Assembly: GCA_963771175.1 (NCBI GenBank)
Contig: CAVYSY010000039.1
Location: forward strand, 352,001-416,000
DNA from: an uncultured delta proteobacterium
GTDB taxonomy: Bacteria > Myxococcota > Myxococcia > Myxococcales > Myxococcaceae
Length of the DNA stretch: 64,000 nucleotides
Direction of reading: 5' to 3'
The position numbers were made by a program, and so were the translations under genes. Under the pieces are notes generated by a model. The model ran no database searches, had not been told where the DNA came from, and worked only from the letters and a program-made list of their open reading frames with translations. Positions 53,312 through 64,000 of the stretch are shown piece by piece; positions within the stretch are counted from its first letter, which is position 1; every line of letters begins with the position of its first letter.

Positions 53312-56077
53312 ATGTCGCGCGGGACCCACGGAACTTTCCTCTCGGGGAGCGGGATGTCCAGGGCCCTTCTTTCCGTTGTGTTGTTGGCAGTGCTCTCCGC
53401 CTGCCCGCCTACCTCCACGACGCCGTGCGACACGGACGCCGAGTGTCCCGGAGGCCGCTGCCGCTACGGCGGATGCGGCCCGGTGTGCCTGGATGACGCC
53501 GAGTGTGGCGGAGGTCAGGTGTGCACCGGAGGTGCCTGCGCTCCCCGCCCCGAGTGCACACGGGCCACCGACTGCGCCGAGGGCTTCGCCTGCACGGAGG
53601 GCCGCTGCCTGTGCGGCTCGGACTCGGCCTGTGCCTCCAACCAGGTGTGCCGCGAGGGCCGCTGTGTGACGGCCTCCGCGTGCACCTCGGCGGCCGACTG
53701 TCCGGCCGGCCAGCGCTGCGAGCCGCTCCAGGGCGTGTGCCAGGTGCCCTGCACCCAGGCCTCGGACTGCGCCCCCGGGGTGGATCCGCGAGTGGCCTCC
53801 CTCCTCTACGTCTGCCGGGCGGGCGACTGTCTGCGGCAGTGCCTGAATGATCAACTGTGCGGCGCGGGCTTCATCTGCGAGGCCGGCACGTGCGCCCGCT
53901 CTGGCTGCGTCACGAAGGCGGATTGCCCCTCGGGCCAGTACTGCACCAGCGCCACCGCGGGCCGCTGCCTCGAGTTCCAGACCTGTGCCTCCAACGCCGA
54001 GTGCGGCCCCAACACCGAGTGCCGCGCCTTCGCATCCGGTGCATGCCCCCCGGGCTTCGACTGCGCGACGAAGATCTGCCAGGAGTTGCCGCGCTGCCTC
54101 GTGGACACGGAGTGCTCCGCCACCGCGTACTGCCGGGACTCGCACTGCCAGCCCACGACCGCGTGCTCCGAGGGGACGGCCTGCCCCTCGGGCCTCACCT
54201 GCGTGGCGAACCGGTGCGTGCCCGGCGGCTGCCGGGGTCACGCGGACTGCGCTCCGGGCGAGGCCTGCACGGACGGCGCCTGCCGCCCCGCGCCCTCGGC
54301 GAACCAAATCGTCTCCATCGCCCTCAGCCCCAAGACGACCACGCTCGTGGTGGGCGGGACGGTGCAGCTCTCGCTGGTGGCCTACACGCTGGACGGTTCC
54401 AGCTTCCCCCTGGCGCAGGGCACCTTCTCGGCGGTGGATACGAGCGGCGCTCCCAGCAGCGCGGTGACGGTGTCGTCCTCGGGCCTGGTGACGGCCATGG
54501 CCGCCGGGACGGTGCGCGTGCAGGCACGGCCCACGGGCGCGGCCGTCTCCCCCCAGGAGACCTCTCTCCTCGTGCTGCCCGCGCTGGAGACCGGACGGCG
54601 GCTCACCGTGATGGACACGACCACCCGGCGCCCGCTCGCGGGCGTGGAGGTGCTCGGCTGTGACGCGCCTCCCGCCACGGGCCCCTGCCCCACCCCCGTC
54701 ACGGTGACGACGGACGCGAGCGGCGTGGCCCTCTTCCCCGACTTCGCCGGAGCCACCGCCAGCTTCTCCGCCGCCTCGCCCGAGCTGCGAGCGGACGGGC
54801 TGCCCCGCTACGACCGCGTCTCCGTGGCCACCACGACCGCTCGTGACGTGCTGCTGCCGCTCTCGGAGAACCCCGTCCACGGCGCCGCTGGCTTCAACGC
54901 CGGCATCAGCTTCAACGAGGTCCACTCCTCCGGCGAGCTCTGGCTCGGGTTCTCCGTGCTGTCCGCTGGAGATCCGACGGCGGTGGATCTCACCAACCTC
55001 TTCGGGGAGACCTTCCTCATCTCCATCCCCGGCCTCCCCCAGCGCGTCCCCGCTCCCGGCGCCCTGGTGGGCTATGCGTCCCTCGGGCTCGCGGGGAACT
55101 CGGAGCTCAAGGCGCGCTCGTACGGGCTGGGACAGGCGGGACGCCGCACCGCGGTGGCCTTCGCCGGCAAGCTACCGCTCGCGCAGGCCACGAGCCTCCG
55201 CCCCGCGGACCTGCTCGCCTACAGCGGCGCGATGGACTACTCGCTCCAGGCCTTCACCTCCATCACCCACCTGCCCTACGCGCCGGACACCACGGACCTC
55301 GACGGGGACGGCCTGTGCACGGACACCGCGCGCTGCCAGGGCAGCGAGGACCTGCCGGACTACAGCCGCTTCACCGGCATCTCCCACCGCCCCCGCCGCG
55401 AGCAGCTCCGCCGCACGGAGGTGGTGCTCCCCAACCTGCCCTCCGGGCTCGACACGGCCGTGGTCGCCGCCGTGGAGCTGTCTCCCGAGGCGGGGCTCGT
55501 GCCCATGGGGCTCGCCTCGCGCACGGGTGGGACGGCGCAGCCGGACGGGACGCGGCCCGTGCAGCCGGTGGTGCTGCGCAGTGGCGCGCCGTACGGAGGC
55601 GCCGAGGTGGGGACTCCCGGGCTCTGGGCGCTCGCCACCGCCGCCAACTCGGGGGCGTCCGTCAGCGGGCACATCGTCCGGGGCGCCACCCTCCCCACCC
55701 GCGTCTCCGTCCCCGCCTTCCTGCCCCTCCCCACCGCCTCCTACACGTCCGGGAGCCGCACCTTCACGCCGTCCCCGACGAGCTGGAGCGAGCTGGCCGG
55801 GGCGGGCGCGGGGCTCGTCCGGGTGACGCTCACCGGGGCCCAGGGGCGGCACGTGGTGTTCTTCGCACTGGACGCGAGTGGGGGGGCAATCCGGGTGCCG
55901 GACGCTCCCGCGGGGGCCGATGCGGATCCCGCCGGACTGACCGGGGCCTCCCTGGAGGTGGCGGCCCTCAAGCTGGCCGAGGGGCTGTCCGCCGAGGGGG
56001 CGCTGGATACGCCCGGGGTGAACCTGCTGCAACTGCCCGTGGTGCTGGACGCCTACTCTCGCTCGCGACCCCCGTGA
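53312..56077 (+). CDS. Large lipoprotein with Cys-rich repeats, Ig-like (Big_2-type) domain and unknown C-region
   Basis: Lipobox LSAC; C-x4-C-x5-C-x4-C repeats; SIALSP...LVVGGTVQL..VTVSSSGLVTA..AGTV. Confidence 0.8.
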   Translation: MSRGTHGTFLSGSGMSRALLSVVLLAVLSACPPTSTTPCDTDAECPGGRCRYGGCGPVCLDDAECGGGQVCTGGACAPRPECTRATDCAEGFACTEGRCLCGSDSACASNQVCREGRCVTASACTSAADCPAGQRCEPLQGVCQVPCTQASDCAPGVDPRVASLLYVCRAGDCLRQCLNDQLCGAGFICEAGTCARSGCVTKADCPSGQYCTSATAGRCLEFQTCASNAECGPNTECRAFASGACPPGFDCATKICQELPRCLVDTECSATAYCRDSHCQPTTACSEGTACPSGLTCVANRCVPGGCRGHADCAPGEACTDGACRPAPSANQIVSIALSPKTTTLVVGGTVQLSLVAYTLDGSSFPLAQGTFSAVDTSGAPSSAVTVSSSGLVTAMAAGTVRVQARPTGAAVSPQETSLLVLPALETGRRLTVMDTTTRRPLAGVEVLGCDAPPATGPCPTPVTVTTDASGVALFPDFAGATASFSAASPELRADGLPRYDRVSVATTTARDVLLPLSENPVHGAAGFNAGISFNEVHSSGELWLGFSVLSAGDPTAVDLTNLFGETFLISIPGLPQRVPAPGALVGYASLGLAGNSELKARSYGLGQAGRRTAVAFAGKLPLAQATSLRPADLLAYSGAMDYSLQAFTSITHLPYAPDTTDLDGDGLCTDTARCQGSEDLPDYSRFTGISHRPRREQLRRTEVVLPNLPSGLDTAVVAAVELSPEAGLVPMGLASRTGGTAQPDGTRPVQPVVLRSGAPYGGAEVGTPGLWALATAANSGASVSGHIVRGATLPTRVSVPAFLPLPTASYTSGSRTFTPSPTSWSELAGAGAGLVRVTLTGAQGRHVVFFALDASGGAIRVPDAPAGADADPAGLTGASLEVAALKLAEGLSAEGALDTPGVNLLQLPVVLDAYSRSRPP

Positions 56078-56161
56078 ACTTGAACTAACCTCTCGGGTCC
56101 AGGGTTATGGAATGATGGCCATTCCCTCGCCACGAGCCCTCTTTCTTCGGAGTCCACGCGG

Positions 56162-57685
56162 ATGCACAAGGATCCCATCATCGGCATCGACCTCGGCACG
56201 ACCAACTCGTGCGCGGCGATCGTCGAGGACGGCGGGAACGTGAAGCTCATCCCCTACAAGGGCGGCGAGTACACCATCCCGTCCATCTTCGCGATCGACG
56301 ACAAGGGCAACGAGCTGATCGGCTACGAGGCCAAGCGCCAGTGGCAGCTCAACCCGAAGAACACCATCTACGGCGCCAAGCGCCTGGTGGGACGCACCTT
56401 CCAGAGCGACGTCGTCGACGCCGATGAAGCAAGGTCGTGGCGTACAGCGATGCGCCCCGGCAAGAAGAACGACGTCGTGCTGGACGTGGGCAAGAGCGAG
56501 TTCACCCTCCAGGAGATCAGCGCGAAGATCCTCAACAAGATCCGCGACGTCGCCTCCAACCACCTGAAGACGCCCATCAAGCGCGCGGTGGTCACGGTGC
56601 CGGCCTACTTCAACGACCGGCAGCGCCAGACGGTGAAGGACGCGGGCAAGCTCATCGACCTCGAGGTGGTGCGCATCATCAACGAGCCCACCGCGGCGGC
56701 GCTGGCCTACGGCGCCGGCAAGGGCACTGCAACCAGAAGGTGCGTCGTCTACGACCTGGGCGGCGGCACCTTCGACGTGTCCATCATCGAGATCCGCGAC
56801 CGCGTCTTCGAGGTGAAGGCCACCGGCGGCGACATCTTCCTGGGCGGCATCGACTTCGACAACGCCATCATCCACCACGTCCTCAAGGACTTCGCGGTCG
56901 AAGACGGGCATCGACCTGGCCACGGATCCGGTGGCCATGCAGCGCATCAAGGACCTCGCCGAGCGCACGAAGATCGATCTCTCGGCGCGCGAGGAGGTGC
57001 CCTTCAACATCCCCTTCATCACGATGACGGCGCAGGGCCAGCCCCTGAACATCGAGATGAAGTTCACGCGCAAGATGCTGGAGCAGCTCACCAACCACCT
57101 GGTGGATCGCACGCTGCAGATGGTGGCGCGGGTGCTGGTGGACTCGGGGCTGAGCACCAAGGACATCGACGAGGTGCTGCTGGTGGGCGGGCAGACGCGC
57201 ATGCCCATCGTGCAGGACCGGCTGACGAAGTTCTTCGGCAAGGCGCCGAGCAAGGGCGTGCACCCGGACGAGGCGGTGGCGATCGGCGCGGCGCTCTACG
57301 CGCAGTCGCTGCAGGACGACACCAACCTGCGGCTGCAGCTGCTGGACGTGATTCCGATGGCCATCGGCCTGGAGAAGGCGGGCGGCGCCTTCCACACGGT
57401 GTTCCCGCGCAACGCGCCCATCCCCAACGCCAAGCAGCTGCTGGCCACCACCAGCATCGACAACAGACCGAGCTGGCCATGCGCATCTACCAGGGCGACA
57501 ACGACCAGGTGGCGAAGAACGAGCTGCTGGGCGAGTTCACCTTCTCGGGCATCCGCCCGGACGCGGGCGGGCTCGGTGCAGGTGGAGATCACCTTCGACG
57601 TGAACGTCGAAGGCATCCTCACCATGCGCGCCAGGGATCCGGCCACCGGCCGCGAGATGAAGACCACGGTGAAGGTGAGCTCTAG
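56162..57685 (+). CDS. Short Hsp70/DnaK-family paralog (frameshifted)
   Basis: GIDLGTTNS, VTVPAYFND, RIINEPTAAALAYG, YDLGGGTFDVS, LVGGQTRMP, PDEAVAIGAA. Confidence 0.9.
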   Translation: MHKDPIIGIDLGTTNSCAAIVEDGGNVKLIPYKGGEYTIPSIFAIDDKGNELIGYEAKRQWQLNPKNTIYGAKRLVGRTFQSDVVDADEARSWRTAMRPGKKNDVVLDVGKSEFTLQEISAKILNKIRDVASNHLKTPIKRAVVTVPAYFNDRQRQTVKDAGKLIDLEVVRIINEPTAAALAYGAGKGTATRRCVVYDLGGGTFDVSIIEIRDRVFEVKATGGDIFLGGIDFDNAIIHHVLKDFAVEDGHRPGHGSGGHAAHQGPRRAHEDRSLGARGGALQHPLHHDDGAGPAPEHRDEVHAQDAGAAHQPPGGSHAADGGAGAGGLGAEHQGHRRGAAGGRADAHAHRAGPADEVLRQGAEQGRAPGRGGGDRRGALRAVAAGRHQPAAAAAGRDSDGHRPGEGGRRLPHGVPAQRAHPQRQAAAGHHQHRQQTELAMRIYQGDNDQVAKNELLGEFTFSGIRPDAGGLGAGGDHLRRERRRHPHHARQGSGHRPRDEDHGEGEL

Positions 57686-57686
57686 G

Positions 57687-58469
57687 TCAGTGCTCGTGCT
57701 TGCAGCGGCCGAGGAAACGGACCAACTCCGTGTGGAACCACTGCGGCGAGTCCAGCATCGGCCAGTGACTCGCGTGCGGCAGCACGGAGTGGGTCAGCGA
57801 GGGTCGCTGGGCCACCAGCGTCTCCGGGCCGGTGGCGGTCACCAGCGCGTGGGTGGGCCCCGTGAAGCGCTCGAAGGCCTCGTCCGGGTCGTAGACGAAG
57901 AGCGACTCCATGTTTCCGGCGATGGCCTCCCGCCGCGAGGTGCGCAGCGTCTTCATCACCAGCGCGCGCGTCTTCTCCTTCGACTCCAGGAGCAGCGGCG
58001 TGAGCCAGTGCTCGTGGAAGCCGCCATACTTCGCCGCGCTGAAGTTCTCGATCCAGGCGTCCGCGTCCGCCTTCGCCACGCGGCGCAGGTCTCCCACCGG
58101 CTCGACGTAGAGCAGCCCGGCGAGCCGCTCGGAGTAGTACGAGGCGAAGGCACCGGCCACCGCGGCCCCGAAGCCGTGGCCCACCAGGACGAACTTCTCG
58201 GGCAGCAGCGCGTCGGCAACGGCGGCGACATCTTCCACCGCGGCCTCCACGCCGAAGGGACCGTGGGCGCCACCGCTCTCGCCCAGCCCGCGCAGGTCGA
58301 ACGCGACGCTGCGGGTCGCGAGGCCGTGCTGCGTCTCGGCCCAGTGCGTCCGGTCAGCGGAGATTTCATGCACGAAGAGGACGGGGATACCGCCGTCGCC
58401 TTCCACTGTCGCCATCAGTCGCCCCGCGGGTCCGGGGACAGTCACCGTCTTCGGTTCCTTGTGTCTCAT
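57687..58469 (-). CDS. Alpha/beta hydrolase fold protein
   Basis: VLFVH, FDLRGLGES, VLVGHGFG, ASHWPMLDSP. Confidence 0.8.
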   Translation of the reverse strand: MRHKEPKTVTVPGPAGRLMATVEGDGGIPVLFVHEISADRTHWAETQHGLATRSVAFDLRGLGESGGAHGPFGVEAAVEDVAAVADALLPEKFVLVGHGFGAAVAGAFASYYSERLAGLLYVEPVGDLRRVAKADADAWIENFSAAKYGGFHEHWLTPLLLESKEKTRALVMKTLRTSRREAIAGNMESLFVYDPDEAFERFTGPTHALVTATGPETLVAQRPSLTHSVLPHASHWPMLDSPQWFHTELVRFLGRCKHEH

Positions 58470-58654
58470 CGTCCTGGCTCCTGGCCCCGATAACGGGCAC
58501 TGCCCGTCGTCCCTCCGCGCCATCCGAAGCGCAGGGCCTTCTTCCAAGTCTGCCCTACTCCCTCGATAACGAGGCGCGGCCGGGGTTCGCATGCCCACTG
58601 CCGAACAGAAGAAGCACGGGGCCTCGGCCTGGAGGGCGCCCGCCAGGCCAGGGC

Positions 58655-59014
58655 CTATGCGCCTTCCTCCACGAGCAGCGCCGCGAGGAACAGCTCATAG
58701 GTCAGCTCGGCGACGGGCCTCTTCTCGCGGCGAGCCTGGGTGCGCAGCGCCTTCGGCAGCGAGCACGGCTTGCCCCGCTCGCCATCACGCATCCGCACAT
58801 AGCCCCGCTCGGAGAACCCGAGCACCTGCCACCCCCGCTCGCGGAGCGCCTGGCTGAGGTCGTCGGTGAGCTGGTGGTGGATGGCCTTGGCCATCGGCAG
58901 CAGGCCGAAGATCTCGCTCGACCAGCCGCCCTCTTCCTCGTGCCAGCCCCGCGCGCGCAGGTAGTTGGCCTTGCGGGCGAGCGAGAGTCCTCCGACGTGG
59001 CGCTCGAGCTTCAT
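58655..59014 (-). CDS. Hypothetical protein (119 aa)
   Basis: [11 protein letters not shown]... with good codon bias. Confidence 0.65.
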   Translation of the reverse strand: MKLERHVGGLSLARKANYLRARGWHEEEGGWSSEIFGLLPMAKAIHHQLTDDLSQALRERGWQVLGFSERGYVRMRDGERGKPCSLPKALRTQARREKRPVAELTYELFLAALLVEEGA

Positions 59015-59035
59015 CTTGAAGAATCCATATAACGA

Positions 59036-59073
59036 GAAAGCCCCCGTTGCCTCGGTGGGCGACGGGGGCTTCT
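59036..59073 (-). terminator. Hairpin terminator downstream of clpX
   Basis: AAGCCCCCGTTGCC...GGCGACGGGGGCTT inverted repeat. Confidence 0.65.
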
Positions 59074-59095
59074 CCACGACGGAAGAAGCTCGGGG

Positions 59096-60373
<1,278 letters not shown>

Positions 60374-60574
60374 TGCCGCCTCCAGGTTCACCGACCCCGG
60401 TCGACCCGGAGCCTACTAGCCGACACCACCACACCCAACTTCGCCTGGCTGCCCACGTCTCGAACAGCCGTCCGCCAAAATATAGGCTCCGACTGAACCG
60501 GCAGGAAGCCCATCCGGAGTGTCGTCCGGTTGGCTGTGCACCTCCGGACGCGGTCAGCGTTCAGTAACACCCGA

Positions 60575-61210
60575 TCAGGCGTCGTTCACGCCCGAAGCGA
60601 GCTCCTCCACGTCCTCGGCCAGGGCGGCCGCCCGCTCGGCGATGGCAGCAGGAACCCGTCGACACCCGGCCAGCTCGATCGCGAGCTTGCGGGCCGGCTG
60701 CGCCAGCTTCCGCACCTGGAGGCTCTCCGCGGGCGGCTGCGGCGGCGGCTGCGGGAAGCGCTCGACGAACTCCTTCTTCAGCTCGGTGGCCGGCTTCTCG
60801 GGGTTCCAGATGCTGTCGCGGAGTGAACGGTACTCCTGGGGCGAGAGCTGGCCGCGCTCCTCCGCGTCCGCCAGCACCTCGACCACCTCGAAGGGCGGGG
60901 CCTTCTGGGGGAAGTCCTCCTGGGCCACCTCCTCGGCGGGCTCGTGCTTGGCCAGGAAGCTGAACGAGCGCGTGAGCTTGAGCGGCGGTCTGCTTCTTGA
61001 TGTGGAGCTCCTTGAGGCAGTAGGCCTCGAAGGAGGCGTAGCCCCACTCCTCGAACAGGCTCTCGTCGCGCACCTGGACGAGCAGCTTGCCCAGCTCGGC
61101 CCAGGTGGACTTGAAGCGCTTGGCGGCCACCAGGACGGTGTGGCGGAAGGTGCCCGGGGGGACGGACTGCGGCCTTCTTCTGCGAGGTCGGCTTCAGCAG
61201 CGGTCACCAT
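60575..61210 (-). CDS. Conserved hypothetical protein (frameshifted)
   Basis: AAKRFKSTWAELGKLL..WGYASFEAYCLKELHI continues in another frame as KLTRSFSFLAKHEP. Confidence 0.65.
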   Translation of the reverse strand: MVTAAEADLAEEGRSPSPRAPSATPSWWPPSASSPPGPSWASCSSRCATRACSRSGATPPSRPTASRSSTSRSRPPLKLTRSFSFLAKHEPAEEVAQEDFPQKAPPFEVVEVLADAEERGQLSPQEYRSLRDSIWNPEKPATELKKEFVERFPQPPPQPPAESLQVRKLAQPARKLAIELAGCRRVPAAIAERAAALAEDVEELASGVNDA

Positions 61211-61264
61211 GCACCCCGTATCCACCAGGACACCCGGGGGGGCAAAAAAGCGACCTGCTGCCGC

Positions 61265-62192
61265 CTAGCCCTTCTTACCGATGTTGAAGGAGAGGTCCAC
61301 CGTGGCCCGCTCGCCCTGGTAGGGCTTGAAGGGCCACTTCTTCAGCTCGCCGAAGAGGCAGTCGTAGAGCGGGCCCTTCTTGAGCTGCGGGTGGTCCACC
61401 CAGAGCTGGGCCACCCGGCCGTCGTTGCCGATGGTGAACTCGATCGGCACCTGGGCGGAGAAGCCCGGACGGCGCTCGGCCTCCTCCTTGAAGCAGCGGT
61501 AGAGCGAGCTCTGATACTGCTTCACCACCCGGTTGATGGCCTCCTGGTCGTAGTTCGACCTCGGTGGCCAGCCCGTCCGCGTCGGCGAGCACCTTGCCCG
61601 TCGGGCGCCCAGCCGGGGGCTGCGCTCCGGCTCGGGCAGCGGCGAGGCCGAGGCCACCTTCTCCGGCTTGTCGAGCGGCGTCTCGATGGCGCTCGGGGAT
61701 CGGGGTCGGCCGCTTCGGCTCGCCCGGGTACTCGAAGAGCTCCTCCGGGACGGAGGACGTGCGCCACGGTGATGATGGGCGGCTCCACCTGGATGTCGAG
61801 CGTCTCGCCTTCGCCCCCGGCAGGTGCACCGCCGAGTAGCGCGCGCACCTGCCACGCCCCGAGCCGCGAGCCGCCGAGCACCATCGCCACCACGCCACCC
61901 GCGATGAGCCGCGGCGCTGCGTCGGGCGCGCGCGGCCCGCGCCTCGGCCTCCACGCGCGCCTTCACCTCCGCCTTGGCGACGTGCAGCTGGAAGGCGTCC
62001 AGCTCCCCCAGCTGGCGGAAGCCGCTCGCCCGGAGGCGGACACGTCCGTCTCTCCGGTCAGCTCCCCGGCGTAGAGCTTCTCCACGAACTGGTCGCCGGT
62101 CACGGGACCGAGGACCAGGTCGCCCTGGCGGTAGAGCCAGCTGGCCGTCGAGCTGCGCCCCGTTCGGTCTGGAGGTCTTGTCCGGCCGACAT
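61265..62192 (-). CDS. GYF_2-like N-domain, TM and AgmX/PglI (TonB-C-like) C-domain protein (frameshifted)
   Basis: WLYRQGDLVLGPV..LYAGELTGET; C-terminal INRVVK..LYRCF..IEFTIGNDGRV...C..KWPF. Confidence 0.65.
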
Positions 62193-62257
62193 TGGCGTGG
62201 AAGTATCCTCGGCCGCACGGCCGCTGCAACGCCCCTCGACCATCCATCATACGACCC

Positions 62258-63110
62258 GTGAAGCGAACCCCCGCCGCCCTGTGGATCTGGTACCGCGGTG
62301 ACCGACTTCCGCGGCTTCCAGCGCCAGCCGGAGGGACACACCGTCCAGGAGGCCCTCGAGGCCGCCCTGAAGAAGGCCGGCGTCCCCTCCTCCATCATGC
62401 CCACCGGGCGCACCGACCGGGGCGTCCACGCGCGCATGCAGGTGGTGAGCGTCCGGCTGCCTCCGGGCGACACCGCGGAGACGCTCGTCCGAGCGGCTCC
62501 CGCCGCACCTGCCGCCGGATCTCGGCCTGTGCGTGGCCCGCCGCCCCGCCCCAGCGCTTCCACGCCCAGTGGAGCGCCGCGCGGCAAGGAGTACCGCTAC
62601 CGGCTGCAGCTCGGGGGCCCCGCGTCCGCGGCCTGGCTGCCGTACGTGCATGGAGCCCCGCAGGAGCCCCGGCTGGAGGGTCGCGTCCTGAAGCCCGAGC
62701 GCGTCGCGGAGCTGCTCGGCGCCGCCGTGGGCCGCGCGACTTCCTCGCCTTCCACGAGCACTCCAGCCCGCGCAAGCCGCGCACGCTGGAGTCCGCCACG
62801 CTGCATGCGCTGGGCGGCGGTCTCTTCGAGGCCCGGCTGCGCGGAGATGGCTTCGCGCGCTACCAGGTGCGCTACCTCGTGGGCTCGGCGCTGCTCGCCG
62901 CCGCCGGGGCCCTGTCCGAGGAGCACTGGCGCGCCGCGCTCGAGTCGGGCACCACCATCCCCGGCCTCAAGGCCCCCGCGACAGGGGCTCGTGCTCTGGG
63001 AGGTGCGCTACCCGGCCGAGCTGGATCCCTTCCCGCCCGAGGAGCGGGCCCGCGCCCCGGGACTGCCCCAGGCGCCACCGTTCGTCCTCCCGACGGGACG
63101 GACTCGAGGC
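62258..63110 (+). CDS. truA: tRNA pseudouridine(38-40) synthase TruA-like (frameshifted; end approximate)
   Basis: FRGFQRQ..TVQ, GRTDRGVHA, KEYRY, DF.AF, GDGFARYQVR, A...GLVL.EVRY. Confidence 0.75.
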
Positions 63111-63112
63111 CG

Positions 63113-63278
63113 GCCAGTCGACGAGCCGGTCCTCGTACTTCGCCAGCAGGTCCGAGATCGCCTCCCGGAGGTACTCGCTCTGACGGATGCGCGTGGAGCG
63201 CGACAGCTCCTTCAGCGCGTCCAGCTTCTCGCGGTGGAGCCGGAAGACCACCGAGGTGAGGCGGGGATTCATGTCCAT
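63113..63278 (-). CDS. Small ribbon-helix-helix DNA-binding protein (stop position uncertain)
   Basis: MDMNPRLTSVVFRLHREKLDALKELSRSTRIRQSEYLREAISDLLAKYE: beta strand plus two helices; AGGAG RBS upstream. Confidence 0.8.
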
Positions 63279-63352
63279 GTGCGTTGTCCTCCTACAGGTG
63301 CGCACACCGTCTCACGGAAGCGTCGAATCGCAAGAAAATCACTCCACCTGTT

Positions 63353-63413
63353 GGATCACCCGGGGATCATCCGAGGATCACCGGCGGATCAGCCGGGGAT
63401 CAGCGGCGGATCA
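63353..63413. repeat. Six GGATCA hexamers at exact 11-bp period
   Basis: Starts at 63353, 63364, 63375, 63386, 63397, 63408. Confidence 0.9.
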
Positions 63414-63909
63414 CAGGCTCCAGCGCAGGCCGGCGCACAGCTCTACGTCCAATCGGAGTCCGGATCCAAATCCCAGCCCGCCGCCGAGCCCTCCATAGAG
63501 GGTGAAGGCCTCGGTGAGCGAGCGCCGCACACCCAGACCTACCCGAGGCCCCGCCCACAGCTCCGGCCGCAGGTGCACCGCGGCGCCCAGATCGGCGTAG
63601 GTCTGCCACTCGTCCTCTCCGAAGACGCTCCGGAAGCCCCCATGCACCGCGAGGCTGAAGCCCGGTGCGCCCGTTCCGACCCGAGCCAGGAGGAAGAGCT
63701 CGTTCTCCTCGTAGCCCACGGGCACGCTGCCCCCGAGCTCCAGGTGTCCCGCGAAGCCCTGCTGCAGCTCGCTCGGAACCGATGAGCTCCGTGTACGTCG
63801 CCACCGGACCCACCAGCAGCGAGGGGGCCCGGCGTGGAGTGCCATCCCACTCTCTCGCCAGGGCGAGCGAGGGCAACGTCGCGATCAGGAGCGACAGCGG
63901 AAGGCGCAT
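63411..63909 (-). CDS. Small secreted/outer-membrane beta-barrel-like protein (frameshift near 63780)
   Basis: Signal peptide MRLPLSLLIATLPSLALA; amphipathic strands ending AGLRWSL. Confidence 0.6.
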
Positions 63910-63956
63910 GGAGAACCCCTGGGGGGCGAGAGACCCCCTCCCCGCCGGAAGACGGC

Positions 63957-63993
63957 GGATCAGCAGAGGATCAGCACACGACCTGTTGGATCA
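63957..63993. repeat. Second GGATCA cluster (3 copies; may continue past the window)
   Basis: Starts at 63957, 63968, 63988; ACCTGTTGGATCA identical at 63346-63358 and 63981-63993. Confidence 0.8.
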
Positions 63994-64000
63994 GAAGAGG

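Noticed and set aside
63353..63413. CRISPR array
   Set aside because: The 6-bp repeat and 5-bp spacers are far too short, and there are no cas genes.

Overview
This is a very GC-rich bacterial chromosomal segment. Gene content points to a myxobacterium (Myxococcales/Archangiaceae-like): Cys-rich lipoproteins, a Ser/Thr kinase with a PEGA domain, a GYF/AgmX-type protein, orphan ClpX and Hsp70 paralogs, and a sigma54 regulator. About 48 CDSs are supported. Housekeeping and conserved genes include rluD, selA, cmk, hisC, accA, clpX, truA, an ABC-F ATPase, a dCMP deaminase and PrkA. There is also a Fur-box-flanked iron uptake cluster (tonB, PepSY-TM, TonB-dependent receptor, PKHD hydroxylase) and an accessory stretch at about 18.3-27.3 kb. 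Many genes carry single-base indels in patches, which most likely reflect long-read or low-coverage error, so coordinates of those genes are approximate. I found no rRNA, tRNA, CRISPR array or IS element. The most notable signals are: (1) six GGATCA hexamers at exact 11-bp period directly upstream of a small ribbon-helix-helix gene, with more copies at the window end; (2) a module of SGNH hydrolase, membrane protein, conserved hypothetical and Lnt; (3) a lipoprotein with an M15/LAS-type peptidase motif followed by a TPR lipoprotein; (4) a tandem ArsA/Get3-like ATPase with a CxxC in each half and no ars genes; (5) a ChpT-like pseudo-kinase beside an NtrC regulator. All family calls come from motif recognition by eye, not database searches.
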